Source: Chloroflexota bacterium (GTDB lineage Bacteria; Chloroflexota; Anaerolineae; Anaerolineales; UBA11579). Taken from it: DNA of 64,000 bases. The notes under the pieces were generated by a model. It was not told the origin of the DNA, did not search any database, and saw nothing but the letters and a program-made list of their open reading frames with translations. Positions 51,403-61,778 of this stretch are shown piece after piece; the first letter of the stretch is position 1, and every line of letters begins with the position of its first letter. Where the stretch lies: contig QWJF01000006.1 in NCBI GenBank assembly GCA_009391835.1, positions 1,527 through 65,526 of the forward strand, read 5' to 3'. Both the position numbers and the translations under genes were made by a program.

Positions 51403-52498
51403 TCATTTCCTGGTAGAGGGCCAATTCAAGGTCCAGAACTCGATCCAGAGAGAAATTTTTGAGGACAAAATGGCGCGCCGCGGCACCCAATCTGGTGCGC
51501 AATTTTTTGTCGTCCAGCAAAGTCTCGAACGCGGCCCGCAAGCTGTCCGGCGTGGTTTCGGTGAGCACACCTGTTTTGCCGTCAAGGAGCAACTCCTGGA
51601 TACCAGGCACCAGCGTGCCAACCACCGGCAGCCCGCAAGACATAGCCTCGAGCAGTGCTTTTGGGTGGCCCTCGTAAAGGGACGGCATAATAAAAATGTC
51701 GCAACTTGTAAGCAAGGCAGCTAATTCAAGATGCGGGAGGTTTCCGAGAAAGCGCACCTCGGCTTTACTCGTGGCAGCAGCGAGTTCCAACTCGGCACGC
51801 TGCGGTCCCTCGCCAACGATGAGAAGCTCAACGTCCAGCGGAGCGACTGCTTCCAGCAATGCAGAGAGGTTCTTTTGTGGTTCCAAACGGCCGACAAAGC
51901 CGACACGTTGGAGCGATCTGGGTTCAACTTTTCGGGGGGAAAAGATATCAGTTTGTACATAATTGGGGATCACGCGGATTTTAGCCGCATCCACACGGTA
52001 GCGCTCGATAAGGACGGACTGCATGGCCGCGGTGGTAACCACCGCCCTGTCTGCGCCACTAAATACGCGCTGCTCTAACCCCCGGGCGGCGATCGCTTGC
52101 GAGGAGCTTTCGCCGTGCTTGCGGGCCTCAAAATCAGAGAGTAGATAACCGCAGCGGGCAACGAAGGCCGCGCCAGCGCGGCGGGCAGAAGCCAAAGCAA
52201 AATCAGCGCCAGCTACCTGGTTGCTCTTGAAAATCTGGGGGCGGGCGCTTCGCAGCTTGCGGCTCAGCCAGCCTTGATATAGTGCCTTGGGCAAGCCCCA
52301 GCGGTTACAGAGCACTTCAATATCTGGCAGGTTGGCCGCTAGCCTGGCGTCGCGGCGATCGCCATACGTGACGAAACGTACCGAGTTCCCCTGCTCTCGA
52401 AGGCGCTTATACAGCGCAATTTCGCGCTCCAGCATACCGACTTCATTCCATGTTTGTAACGAGACCCCTTCTGTGAAGAAAAGAGTTATTTGCGTCAA
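51386..52498 (-). CDS. GT4 family glycosyltransferase
   Basis: IPNYV, VGRLEPQKN, PSLYEGHPKALLEAMSCG. Confidence 0.92.
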   Translation of the reverse strand: MTQITLFFTEGVSLQTWNEVGMLEREIALYKRLREQGNSVRFVTYGDRRDARLAANLPDIEVLCNRWGLPKALYQGWLSRKLRSARPQIFKSNQVAGADFALASARRAGAAFVARCGYLLSDFEARKHGESSSQAIAARGLEQRVFSGADRAVVTTAAMQSVLIERYRVDAAKIRVIPNYVQTDIFSPRKVEPRSLQRVGFVGRLEPQKNLSALLEAVAPLDVELLIVGEGPQRAELELAAATSKAEVRFLGNLPHLELAALLTSCDIFIMPSLYEGHPKALLEAMSCGLPVVGTLVPGIQELLLDGKTGVLTETTPDSLRAAFETLLDDKKLRTRLGAAARHFVLKNFSLDRVLDLELALYQEMSATGA

Positions 52499-52631
52499 GT
52501 GGCAGGCGCGGGAGAGCGAAATTTGTTTGGGTAAGTCCAGTATTTTGAAATCTGAACAGGGCGTTTTATTTTGGACATTTCAAATAACCTAAATTAACCC
52601 GGAGCATACTCGTGCCGACTGATAAAGGACG

Positions 52632-53405
52632 TCATTCCTTAATGCTTACATACAACATCATGTGCCCCATGTGTCGTTCAGCCCATTTCCAATTCATTAA
52701 GAATTTTTTTATCCTCCAGCCTTGAGGCAGTTCAAACAATCTCTTCAGCCACGGAAACTCATCAACCAGTCCTTTATAGCCACTGTATTGAAAGTGTTCG
52801 ACAACCTTAAATCCTGCAGCTTGAAGAAATTGGTTAAATTCTTGTGGCAAAAACACGTACTGATAGAATTGCATGTTTTTATGGTCGCCTTGGTAAACTC
52901 CTAGTTTCGCCTTCACTCGACGAAGAATATTCAAATACGGAACCGATATCAAAGCTACACTTCCTGGAGAAAGGATTCGATACGCTTCCTTTAAAAATTT
53001 TTCCGGACCTGATTCGTCGTGCTCCATTACACCTAACGAAATATATCCTGCGTAATGACCATCTGACACATCCAGACCTGTTACATCTCCTACTCGAATG
53101 TTCAATTCGGGATATTCACTCTTAACCCGTGCGATTGTTTTCTTTGCATAGTCAACACCCTCGACATCAAATCCGAGTATATGAAGAGCCAGAACGAATT
53201 GTGCTATTCCACAGCCCGCCTCAAGAACCTTACCCGTCTTAGGGAGATATTTAGGAAATATGTTACTGTAATAACCAAGATCTCCTTGTTTAGCTCGTTC
53301 GTAAATTTGTGAATTCTCTTGTTTGGCCCAAACAGCATCCCAGTGCTTCGCTGTTGACTTTTTTTTATAATAGACTAAGCGACTTTTTTTATAGATACGA
53401 ATCAT
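52632..53405 (-). CDS. Class I SAM-dependent methyltransferase
   Basis: LEAGCG, GVDY, GDV, ISLGVMEH, LSPG. AT-rich. Confidence 0.88.
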   Translation of the reverse strand: MIRIYKKSRLVYYKKKSTAKHWDAVWAKQENSQIYERAKQGDLGYYSNIFPKYLPKTGKVLEAGCGIAQFVLALHILGFDVEGVDYAKKTIARVKSEYPELNIRVGDVTGLDVSDGHYAGYISLGVMEHDESGPEKFLKEAYRILSPGSVALISVPYLNILRRVKAKLGVYQGDHKNMQFYQYVFLPQEFNQFLQAAGFKVVEHFQYSGYKGLVDEFPWLKRLFELPQGWRIKKFLMNWKWAERHMGHMMLYVSIKE

Positions 53406-53462
53406 ATGAATGTCCCAATTCTGAACGGAGGCGAGATTTCAACGGCCTTTCCATTTTTGACA

Positions 53463-54575
53463 TCAAACATAGACTCTGTCTTTCAGTAAGGGTCGATAAA
53501 CAAGTTCATAATATTGGTTAGCCAATTCTACCCAGTCAAAAGCAGCTACTTTGGTTCTTCCCGCCGCAACTAGACTGCCCGCAAAGAGTTTGTCTTCTGC
53601 AATTCGATTCAAATGATCGAGCAGAGAGCTCACATCTTCAACTGGTGCAAGTAGCCCATCTTCTCCATGAGTAATCACGTCTGGAGCCATGCCCACTTCA
53701 GTGCTTACTAAAGGAATTCCGCTTGCAAGCGCTTCCAACACGCCTTTGGGGCCGCCTTCTTCGCGTGACGTGACCAAATACGCATCTAATGCTCCATAGA
53801 GCGGTGCGAGATCCGGATAGTTTTCAAATACCCGGTGCGTGTAAGCAATCCCGGCTTTTTCCAAACCGCGTCTCACATACCCGCGAGTGGGGGCAGTCAG
53901 CAGGACATGAAGTTTGTGACGTTTGGCGAGCTTTGCAAGCACCTCCACAAGGATATCGGGGCCTTTAATCAGCTTGGGCTGTAAGCCCTCTTCCCAACCG
54001 ACCCCATCCTTTTGAAAGGACCCCACACAAAAAGCATCTTCGGGGATGCCGAGGCGATTGCGAATGTTAGCGCGGGCTTGAAGGCTACTTGGCTTGAACA
54101 ATGTTAGATCAACACCGAGCGGAATGCGCTCGATTTTTTCAGCAGGAACCCCCCAATCGCGAAAGCGATTTTCCATAATTCGGTTGGCAACAACAATTTT
54201 TTCGAATTGCTCTTGATTCTCTATTAGCTGGTCAACCGCCTCCGCAAGAGTATCATTATCACCCTGACGATCCCCGTGGAAGATGGTGGCGACGATCGCG
54301 TTGCGTAAATTCTGCTTTGAACCCAAACTGCCAACAGCTTCCCAGAGCGAGCCATAGTGTATGATCTGACCCGCTAACCAGCGCGGGTTTGAGATCAAGT
54401 GGGCGCGCAGGCCAAATTGGCCCCGCACATTTTGTGTGATATAGCGGCCATCCCAATCCGTCGACCAATTTGCTTCTGGAACGACATAGTAGACAGACGG
54501 TCTATAACCGGGAAGCACGCTGCCCAGGATCTGTGATGCCAGCGTGAAACGGTTCAGGATTTTTGAGAATTTCAT
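53463..54575 (-). CDS. GT4 family glycosyltransferase
   Basis: IPLGVD, GSFQKDG..KGPD, SREEGGPKGVLEALASG. Confidence 0.9.
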   Translation of the reverse strand: MKFSKILNRFTLASQILGSVLPGYRPSVYYVVPEANWSTDWDGRYITQNVRGQFGLRAHLISNPRWLAGQIIHYGSLWEAVGSLGSKQNLRNAIVATIFHGDRQGDNDTLAEAVDQLIENQEQFEKIVVANRIMENRFRDWGVPAEKIERIPLGVDLTLFKPSSLQARANIRNRLGIPEDAFCVGSFQKDGVGWEEGLQPKLIKGPDILVEVLAKLAKRHKLHVLLTAPTRGYVRRGLEKAGIAYTHRVFENYPDLAPLYGALDAYLVTSREEGGPKGVLEALASGIPLVSTEVGMAPDVITHGEDGLLAPVEDVSSLLDHLNRIAEDKLFAGSLVAAGRTKVAAFDWVELANQYYELVYRPLLKDRVYV

Positions 54576-54579
54576 CCGC

Positions 54580-55557
54580 TTAGATTTTTAAAGAAGCCAT
54601 TAAACCGTTAAACAGACCTGTGAAATGGTGCTGTGAGCCCTTTTCCAAATAGCTTTCTTTTATAAAGAAAGCCATCAAGCCAGATCCCAGCAGCCGCTCA
54701 AAGCGGGAGGCAAGCTCGTCGGCGTGGTCCTTGGTTTTCCAGCCCGCCAATCTTTCCGCAGCCACTTTGCGAATGTAGTTGTAACCGCCGGGGCCGATAT
54801 AGAAGCGATCGCAGGATGGGCAATGGAGCAATTCCTCATTGCGGGAGCCCACATTGCCCCGCTTTACCTCCAGCTTGTGCCCGCAGGTTTCACAAAACTC
54901 CAACACTTGCAATTCAGCATCTTTGAGGATTGGAACATCCAGCGTCTGCCAAATAAGTTCAAGATTGTCATCCAGTTGCGCCGCAAAAGATTCAAGGCTG
55001 ATTGTGCAATCCTGGCCTGGATCATACGCCTGTGCAAAGCTGGTCAAAGAAATGCGGTACTCGCGCTCCACCGAATCAGCCACCGCCTGCCAGCTTGGGG
55101 TACGCCCATAAATTTCGCGTCCAACTTCGCTCATGGAAGCGAACCGTGAGTGGAAAAGCGCGATTGGATTGCGCAAGCAGTAGATGAGGCGCATCTCAGT
55201 GCGGTGAAAAAGGAATTGATGGGTCAAATAGGCGATTTGGGGCTTGTTGACCACCAGCCAACTAAGGTCCGCGAAATCCTGCGTTCTGGGTCGCAGTTGT
55301 GAGGCCTGTATCTCAGCAATAGGAAAATCGCCGCGCATATAGAATTTCAATTCAGGATACAAAGCTCCCTGGGTTAGGGCCAATATCTGGGGATGGCCGT
55401 GCATTTTGTGGAGCAAAAAATGCGAACCTCCTGCAGGTAAGCCAATCAAAGCAGCCACATTCGGGCTGGGTTGGTCGTATTTTGCCCGCCAGTCGCGCAC
55501 AAAACCATCAGGTGTGCGGGGCTCCGGGCGAAACGATTTGCTCAGCTTATGGAACAA
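54580..55557 (-). CDS. Atypical sulfotransferase-fold protein with inserted CxxC...CxxC zinc ribbon
   Basis: IGLPAGGSHFL..HP (degenerate 5'-PSB), CLRNP..S (3'-PB-like), CETC...CPSC. Confidence 0.5.
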   Translation of the reverse strand: MFHKLSKSFRPEPRTPDGFVRDWRAKYDQPSPNVAALIGLPAGGSHFLLHKMHGHPQILALTQGALYPELKFYMRGDFPIAEIQASQLRPRTQDFADLSWLVVNKPQIAYLTHQFLFHRTEMRLIYCLRNPIALFHSRFASMSEVGREIYGRTPSWQAVADSVEREYRISLTSFAQAYDPGQDCTISLESFAAQLDDNLELIWQTLDVPILKDAELQVLEFCETCGHKLEVKRGNVGSRNEELLHCPSCDRFYIGPGGYNYIRKVAAERLAGWKTKDHADELASRFERLLGSGLMAFFIKESYLEKGSQHHFTGLFNGLMASLKI

Positions 55558-55573
55558 GAAGCGAAGCCTTCAT

Positions 55574-56554
55574 TTAAATTTCCACACCTTTGACCGATGG
55601 GTGAATCCACTCAAAAGGATCGTTTTGCGCTTTGCCTGGCTTGATAAAGTGCCCTTTGCTATCGTAGGCAAAGTCAAATCCAATAGGGACGGCAAAATCA
55701 TCAATCCCAACCGAGGGCACCCGCTCCAGATAGGGTAGCAGATCCTTCTCGGTGCGCAGTTGATAATAGAAAGAGCCTTCGTTCGGGGGCATGTAGCGAC
55801 TGAAACGCCGATTGCCGCGCACATAGGCCGTCGTGTTGCCCGGCGGAGTGACAATGCGAGCTGCCATTGGAATGCGGGGCAGAATGCGCTCCATCTTCAA
55901 ACCCATTTTATGGAAACGGATATGCATATCATCTTCCCCCCCGCCGGTTGAATCGCCTTGCGTTTGGCCACCGGTCACTTTCCAGGGTCCGAGATGATCC
56001 CAAACCTCTTTGCGAGTGAGGCTGGTGATCCCTGCTGGCTGAATGCCGACCTTTGAATCACCATACCCCAGGAATTCCCTGCCCGAAGTTGTACGATAAT
56101 GTGATCGCCTGGGGGCGCGCCTTAACAACGGTTTTTTGCGTCCAAAAACTTCAGCAACCGTTACGTTGCGCTGAGCGTCGAGGGTGATGCTGCCAACCTG
56201 CTGATTATCACGCATAAGTTCAACTACGTCTACTAGCCATTTGCCTTTAAGGATGAATTGGATGTCGTCGGGAATTATGGCCATGTAACTAGCGCTGCTC
56301 ACCTCGAGCAACGTATTCATGGCCTCGATATGCTCGTGCGCAGGATTGCGTTTCTCTCGCACTATGAGATGATCAACAAAATCTAGAGTGGCTAAATAGT
56401 CCCGCATGCCCTCCTCAACCGAGGCGTTATCAATCACTACCCATTCAAGGTTAGGATAATCAATGCAGGCGCGGGCCGATTCGATCAAGGCGCGGAAATA
56501 GTGCAAGCGATTACACCCAATCACGCCAATAGTCACCTTTGGAAAATCGCTCAA
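55574..56554 (-). CDS. GT2 family glycosyltransferase
   Basis: [21 protein letters not shown]. Confidence 0.8.
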   Translation of the reverse strand: MSDFPKVTIGVIGCNRLHYFRALIESARACIDYPNLEWVVIDNASVEEGMRDYLATLDFVDHLIVREKRNPAHEHIEAMNTLLEVSSASYMAIIPDDIQFILKGKWLVDVVELMRDNQQVGSITLDAQRNVTVAEVFGRKKPLLRRAPRRSHYRTTSGREFLGYGDSKVGIQPAGITSLTRKEVWDHLGPWKVTGGQTQGDSTGGGEDDMHIRFHKMGLKMERILPRIPMAARIVTPPGNTTAYVRGNRRFSRYMPPNEGSFYYQLRTEKDLLPYLERVPSVGIDDFAVPIGFDFAYDSKGHFIKPGKAQNDPFEWIHPSVKGVEI

Positions 56555-57618
56555 GCGGCCGCCTTTGAGCGCAGCGACTCAAACTCAACTAGCTCTCGCA
56601 CGATACCCTCCAGCGAACGCGTAATCTCCCAATCCGGATAATGGCTTTTAATTTTGGCCAGGTTACTGTAATAGCAAATATGATCGCCAGCCCGATTCTG
56701 TTCGTTGTACTCATAGTTCGGGGGCTCCCCTGTGATGGCTTCGATCATCTGCATCGATTCAAGGATGGAGGCACTATTGGCTTTGCCGCCCCCCAGGTTG
56801 TAAACCTCACCGGGGCGCGGTGCGTTCATAAAAGCTTCGAAAGCAGCCACGACATCATGGCTGTGGATTTGATCGCGCACCTGCTTGCCCTTATAGCCAA
56901 AAATCGTATATTTGCCGCCTGTGACGGCAACTTTAACCAGATAGGAAAGAAAGCCATGCAATTCCACGCCGCTGTGGTTTGGGCCCGTCAGGCAGCCGCC
57001 GCGGAAGGAGGCGGTAGGCATGCCGAAATAACGCCCGTATTCCTGGGTAAGGATATCTGCAGCTGCTTTCGAAGCCCCGAACAGGCTGTGCTTGCTCTGG
57101 TCGATCCGCAATGTTTCGTCTATCCCTTGGCTGTCATCGGGATTAGCGTATTCCCAACGAGTGTCTAATTCAACTAGCGGCAGCTCATTGGGTGCATCTC
57201 CATAAACTTTGTTGGTGCTCATCAAGATAAAGGGTGAATCGGCTGCATAATTGCGAGTGGCTTCAAGTAGATTCAGTGTGCCGACAGCGTTCACATCGAA
57301 ATCGTCGTAAGGGCGGCTGGCAGCCAAATCATGCGAGGGTTGGGCAGCGGTGTGGATTACGGCATCGATTTTGTTTGCCTTAAAGAAATCACTCACTTTT
57401 TTCCTGTCGCGAATATCCACATTGAAGGGCTCAAAGTTTTGAGTTTCGGAAACCAGGCGTTTCAGGTTCCAAGTAGTATCCCCCTTTGGTCCAAAGAAGT
57501 CTGCGCGCATATTGTTGTCCATACCAAGCACCTTGTGGCCCACTCGGTCAAAATAGGACACGGCTTCAGAGCCAATCAGGCCGCTGCTACCGGTTACGAG
57601 GATGGTTTTCTCAGCCAT
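56551..57618 (-). CDS. NAD-dependent epimerase, CDP-paratose 2-epimerase (RfbE/Tyv)-like
   Basis: [46 protein letters not shown]. Confidence 0.85.
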   Translation of the reverse strand: MAEKTILVTGSSGLIGSEAVSYFDRVGHKVLGMDNNMRADFFGPKGDTTWNLKRLVSETQNFEPFNVDIRDRKKVSDFFKANKIDAVIHTAAQPSHDLAASRPYDDFDVNAVGTLNLLEATRNYAADSPFILMSTNKVYGDAPNELPLVELDTRWEYANPDDSQGIDETLRIDQSKHSLFGASKAAADILTQEYGRYFGMPTASFRGGCLTGPNHSGVELHGFLSYLVKVAVTGGKYTIFGYKGKQVRDQIHSHDVVAAFEAFMNAPRPGEVYNLGGGKANSASILESMQMIEAITGEPPNYEYNEQNRAGDHICYYSNLAKIKSHYPDWEITRSLEGIVRELVEFESLRSKAAA

Positions 57619-58570
57619 TGCCTCTCTTTCTACAAGTATGTTTCAATAATTCTCTTTTTAGCTTCCGAATAAAAGCGCGGATACGAGTAGCAAATCGCAA
57701 CGCCCAAGGAAATTCAATTATCGTCTTCAACATTGTGTTTACCGATTGATCGCCATGCCGGGCAATGATAATCACTTGCTCAAAGGGTGAGTTTTGGTCA
57801 ACGATGGGCACACGGATCTGGTTACGAATCCCTTCAAATTCTGAAACTCTAATATGTGTGGGTCTCTTATTTGTAAGAAGGCCAAAGCCAAAGTTAGATG
57901 AAATCACATTTGTCAACCTATCGTAAGGAAACACATCGATTAACTCAGGCTCGGGAGTGTCCAGTTTTGTAAAATGGGCGGTCTCTACAAATATTAGGTT
58001 GGTAGCTGTGCAAGCCGCCAATTGATACCCTTTTTGATGAGCAAGGTCAAGCAAAGCCTTGGCAGAGGAGCCTACATGCATCGGGCTCTTCACCTTATCG
58101 ATGTAGGACATGTGTGGCGGAATTGACGAATTAAACTCAATCACTACAACTTTAGGTTGGTATTTTCGCACCCCATTCCAAATATGGTAATCGTCTCCAT
58201 CAACATCAACGGAAAGCAGTTCAAAGTCGGGTGGGATTGGCAATGAGGCTAGCACCCTGTCCAGACGAGTGGGTCCCGTATGCGAAACAAAAGAATTCAG
58301 GGCGTGAACCCCTTGAAAACCTTCTACATTCTGGTTTAGCAACTCAGCCTTTTGAGGATCTCCTTCTATCAATGCAGCTTGCCACCCTTTTTCGTGCCAA
58401 AGCGACCAAGTATTAGATAGGGTTACTCCATCCCAAGCTCCAAACTCAACGCACCAACCAATATCGACGGCCAGTCGTTTAAATAGTTCCTGCAAAATTC
58501 CATCTTCACCGCTCTGAGAAGTGAAATTTCTTTTGAATTTAGAAAACGCTTCTATGTTTGTTATTTTCAA
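57611..58570 (-). CDS. FkbM-like SAM methyltransferase
   Basis: [42 protein letters not shown]. Confidence 0.8.
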   Translation of the reverse strand: MKITNIEAFSKFKRNFTSQSGEDGILQELFKRLAVDIGWCVEFGAWDGVTLSNTWSLWHEKGWQAALIEGDPQKAELLNQNVEGFQGVHALNSFVSHTGPTRLDRVLASLPIPPDFELLSVDVDGDDYHIWNGVRKYQPKVVVIEFNSSIPPHMSYIDKVKSPMHVGSSAKALLDLAHQKGYQLAACTATNLIFVETAHFTKLDTPEPELIDVFPYDRLTNVISSNFGFGLLTNKRPTHIRVSEFEGIRNQIRVPIVDQNSPFEQVIIIARHGDQSVNTMLKTIIEFPWALRFATRIRAFIRKLKRELLKHTCRKRGNG

Positions 58571-59850
58571 TCTAAGTAGCCCATATCCCTTAGTCTTTGT
58601 TCGACAATTTCGGTTTGCTCAGCACTCAATCCTTCTCGAGTTAAACCAAGTTCATATCCTTTTGATTCTAGAGTAGTTTGTCGGGAGCTCATTGATGTTT
58701 GATGCGTCTTAATTAAGCTATGTCCCGTGGTTTCTAAAAACGTGTCAGTTATTTTAGCAATTTCAAGTATTGTCGGTCGAACATCTAGAATTGAAACTTT
58801 CTCATTAACCTCCCCAGGGATTATTAGGTCCTTCGGTCCGAATACCAACAAAGGGATATGAGCGAGTTCTGTGAATTCAGGCAAGCTGTGAGTGAAATAG
58901 CCGTGCTCACCTAGCAACTCCGAATGATCGGCCAAAATAATAAATACTGTGTTATTAAGTTCACCGATTTCATTAAGCATTCTGGAAAAATGCATGATTT
59001 GAGAGTCAACATAATAAAGGCACCGATCATAATTCCACCGGAGTAATTCGATCGTGTCTTGGTCTAAGTCGCTAATTTCCTTCCAATGTGTTTTTTGACC
59101 GGTCTTCGCTAAGGAAGGGCGATTTCGTAAGTCTCCGTTGAAATCACTAGTTGGCGTAAAGTTGAAATCTTCACTAACCTCGGGCGGGACAATATAGGGA
59201 TCGTGGCAATCCATTAAGTTTGCGAACAAAAAGAATGGCTCACGATCAGCCTCATCATCATTTCGAATTGCTTCAAACACGAGCTTGAACACGCGATCAG
59301 CTGTAGCATGTACTGCGTTACGATTCGCCACACTATCCCTCAGGCCGTAAGCCCTAAGTTTTTGATTAACAGAGGGAGAATCGATACCTTCGAACAGTGC
59401 CTGGTTTAAAAAGGTAGAGAAGTCTGAGTAGGCCTCTATGGTCTCAGGCGAGACCAACTGATTAGCACTGATACCTATAGTTCGATAGCCAGCACCGTTT
59501 AACAAGGCTAGGATAGAATGCCTATCATGTCTGTAGCCCGCGACATAGTCGGTTAAACCAATTAATCGCAGGACTCTTTGAGCATAGTATTTTAGCCTAC
59601 TAAACAAATTCGATTCTCGAATCCATGCTCGGCCGCCCCAATCGGGTTGACCAGTGAGCAGCGCAAAGTGGGAAAGGGGTGTCGAAGTGGCTACGCTATA
59701 AGCTTGGCGAAATAGGCGGCCTTCGCGCGCCAGAATTTCCATAAAGGGCGTCGTTTTGCGATAATAACCATATGCTGAAAAGTGATCCGCTCGGCCACAA
59801 TCGATTACGATCACGGCAATGTTTGGCTGGCTGTTTGGGGCTACTGCCAC
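58567..59850 (-). CDS. Sulfatase-like alkaline-phosphatase-superfamily protein (Thr at the nucleophile region)
   Basis: PNI..IVIDCGRADH, TSTPLSH..LLTG, PFFLFANLMDCHDPY, ADHSE, HIPL, C-terminal RLRDMGYLD. Confidence 0.85.
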   Translation of the reverse strand: MAVAPNSQPNIAVIVIDCGRADHFSAYGYYRKTTPFMEILAREGRLFRQAYSVATSTPLSHFALLTGQPDWGGRAWIRESNLFSRLKYYAQRVLRLIGLTDYVAGYRHDRHSILALLNGAGYRTIGISANQLVSPETIEAYSDFSTFLNQALFEGIDSPSVNQKLRAYGLRDSVANRNAVHATADRVFKLVFEAIRNDDEADREPFFLFANLMDCHDPYIVPPEVSEDFNFTPTSDFNGDLRNRPSLAKTGQKTHWKEISDLDQDTIELLRWNYDRCLYYVDSQIMHFSRMLNEIGELNNTVFIILADHSELLGEHGYFTHSLPEFTELAHIPLLVFGPKDLIIPGEVNEKVSILDVRPTILEIAKITDTFLETTGHSLIKTHQTSMSSRQTTLESKGYELGLTREGLSAEQTEIVEQRLRDMGYLD

Positions 59851-60435
59851 TTAGCTGCCTCCCACCCGCTGCCGATACAGTTTGGGATCCACCACCTCGG
59901 CCATTGCGTCGGTGTCCAGGTCGCTATCGATAAATGCGCTCAATGGTCCAAGCACCGGATCGGGCTCCGCGACCAGAGCCGCATAATCCACCTGGATGAG
60001 GTCCACATTAGGCGCCGCCTCCATCCAGGCCAGCACCTCGTCAAGCTGTTTTTCAAAGGCGGAAGCGATTACTTCGTCCGGGATAGCATTTGGATCTTGG
60101 CCGCGGCGCTCCAGCATCTTTTTCTGGGAAGCCAGGATTTCGGGCATCGCACGTCGCATGAAGATGATCTTATACTCTTGGTGTTCAGGTAGATACTTGA
60201 GCAGCGGCGCGACTACTTTAACTACCTTGCCGCGCGCCTCGGTTACCCAGGAATTGTCTCCATCCTTCATCGCTTTCACAGGTTCAAATTCATAATAACC
60301 CCTGGGGTTATCTTCATCCGCTTTCCGCACATGGTCCACTAGAAGAGGAATGCCGGCTGCTTCGAGCATTTTCATCATTAAGCTGGTTCCAGAGCGCGGA
60401 AGGCCTGAGACCAGAATGATTGCGTCGTTTACCAC
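59851..60435 (-). CDS. Small sulfotransferase-family protein
   Basis: VSGLPRSGTSLMM, DNPRGYYE, FMRR..EILASQ. Confidence 0.85.
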   Translation of the reverse strand: MVNDAIILVSGLPRSGTSLMMKMLEAAGIPLLVDHVRKADEDNPRGYYEFEPVKAMKDGDNSWVTEARGKVVKVVAPLLKYLPEHQEYKIIFMRRAMPEILASQKKMLERRGQDPNAIPDEVIASAFEKQLDEVLAWMEAAPNVDLIQVDYAALVAEPDPVLGPLSAFIDSDLDTDAMAEVVDPKLYRQRVGGS

Positions 60436-61778
60436 TAGAGCGACCTTTCAGTATTCACTATCTTTGCCTGCTTTGATTTTTTGGGACTTATCAAATGCAA
60501 GAAGGACTCTAGCAGGCGCTGGCTGCTGCTTTGGTCGGTAACACCCAAGTAATGTTGCATATATTCGTGGCGAGCGGTCTCATCGTAAGGGATGTCCGCA
60601 AAGGTCTTGCTCGCAAGCCACTCAGGAGCCCGCCGCCAACTCACGGAGTTCACCACTCCGGGGAAATTGGTCGGGCTGGGATGCGCCTGATCAAAGGTAG
60701 CTGAGTAATAGCGGTTGAATTCCTCCACACGGTGGTCGGGCACTTTGGCTTTATCCACATAGGGGAGCGCCACGTTGAGCACGGGAACGCCGGCAACTAC
60801 CGCCTCAGCCACAGCCAGGCTCATAGCCGTTATGCATAGATCGGCAGCGGCCATCAGTTGGTAGGTTGTGAAAGCCGGATAATAGACATCCTCACGCCCT
60901 TCCAAATACACATCGGCGGCCTCAACTAGATAATCAGGGTCATCGTGCTTGGCGCGCGACTTGACCACCAGCAATGCGTCATTATGGTCGCAAAAGCGGC
61001 GCACACTGCGCACAAAATCCGCAAAGGTCGGCCCGGTCCAGATATCCCACAGGTGCGCCCATTTACCCTGGCGCAGCGCCTGGCGTGTGCGGCGCAGCTT
61101 GCTGGGCGTGCGCCACACGCCAAAACGCCACGGCGTGTCCGCAGTCACCACTGGCGCAACCAGCAGCACCATCTTCCTATCGGCGGGCAGGCCCAGCTCG
61201 CGGCGTGCATCCGAGAAATCGCCAAAGCGCTGCTGATCAAACACCGGCGAGCTGACCACTTCATACTTCTCGGCGCTGGCACGCTGGCGCACCAGCCGCT
61301 CGCCTCCATCCAGCTGCACGTCAAAATGCAAATCGGCGCCAAACTCGCTCATGTAATAAACCTTATCGAAGCGATCCAAAAATTCAATCGGCCGCAGCGC
61401 GGTCTCAAAGAAGCTGGCCAACGAAACCACCTGGACGCCCAGCGCCTGGATCTCTTGGACCACATCCAGCCGATCCTTTGCGCCCACATCGCCGTCCAGC
61501 GTAATCAATATTTCGGGATGAGCCGCTGCGCAGATCTGCACCAGCGTCTCCAGCGTGAACTCCACCAGTTCGGTGTGCGGCGAGGCAAAGGGCTCGAGCT
61601 CCCGCTTGGTCACCCGTTGCGACGCTTTGGTGCCGCGCGCCGCTTCCGGGCTGTAGAACAGCACCACGTGGTGGCCGTCGTCCAGCGCCTGCTGAATCAC
61701 CGGTCCAAAATCCTTGAGGAAAGGCGCCCGCGGGATCACGAAGCCCAGACGCAGCGATGGGGTGGCAGCCGCGTTCAT
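60435..61778 (-). CDS. Uncharacterised GT-B-fold protein (TagF/KpsS-like)
   Basis: SPVFD, ARRELGLP, ADLCITAMSLAVAEAVVAGVPV. Confidence 0.5.
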   Translation of the reverse strand: MNAAATPSLRLGFVIPRAPFLKDFGPVIQQALDDGHHVVLFYSPEAARGTKASQRVTKRELEPFASPHTELVEFTLETLVQICAAAHPEILITLDGDVGAKDRLDVVQEIQALGVQVVSLASFFETALRPIEFLDRFDKVYYMSEFGADLHFDVQLDGGERLVRQRASAEKYEVVSSPVFDQQRFGDFSDARRELGLPADRKMVLLVAPVVTADTPWRFGVWRTPSKLRRTRQALRQGKWAHLWDIWTGPTFADFVRSVRRFCDHNDALLVVKSRAKHDDPDYLVEAADVYLEGREDVYYPAFTTYQLMAAADLCITAMSLAVAEAVVAGVPVLNVALPYVDKAKVPDHRVEEFNRYYSATFDQAHPSPTNFPGVVNSVSWRRAPEWLASKTFADIPYDETARHEYMQHYLGVTDQSSSQRLLESFLHLISPKKSKQAKIVNTERSL

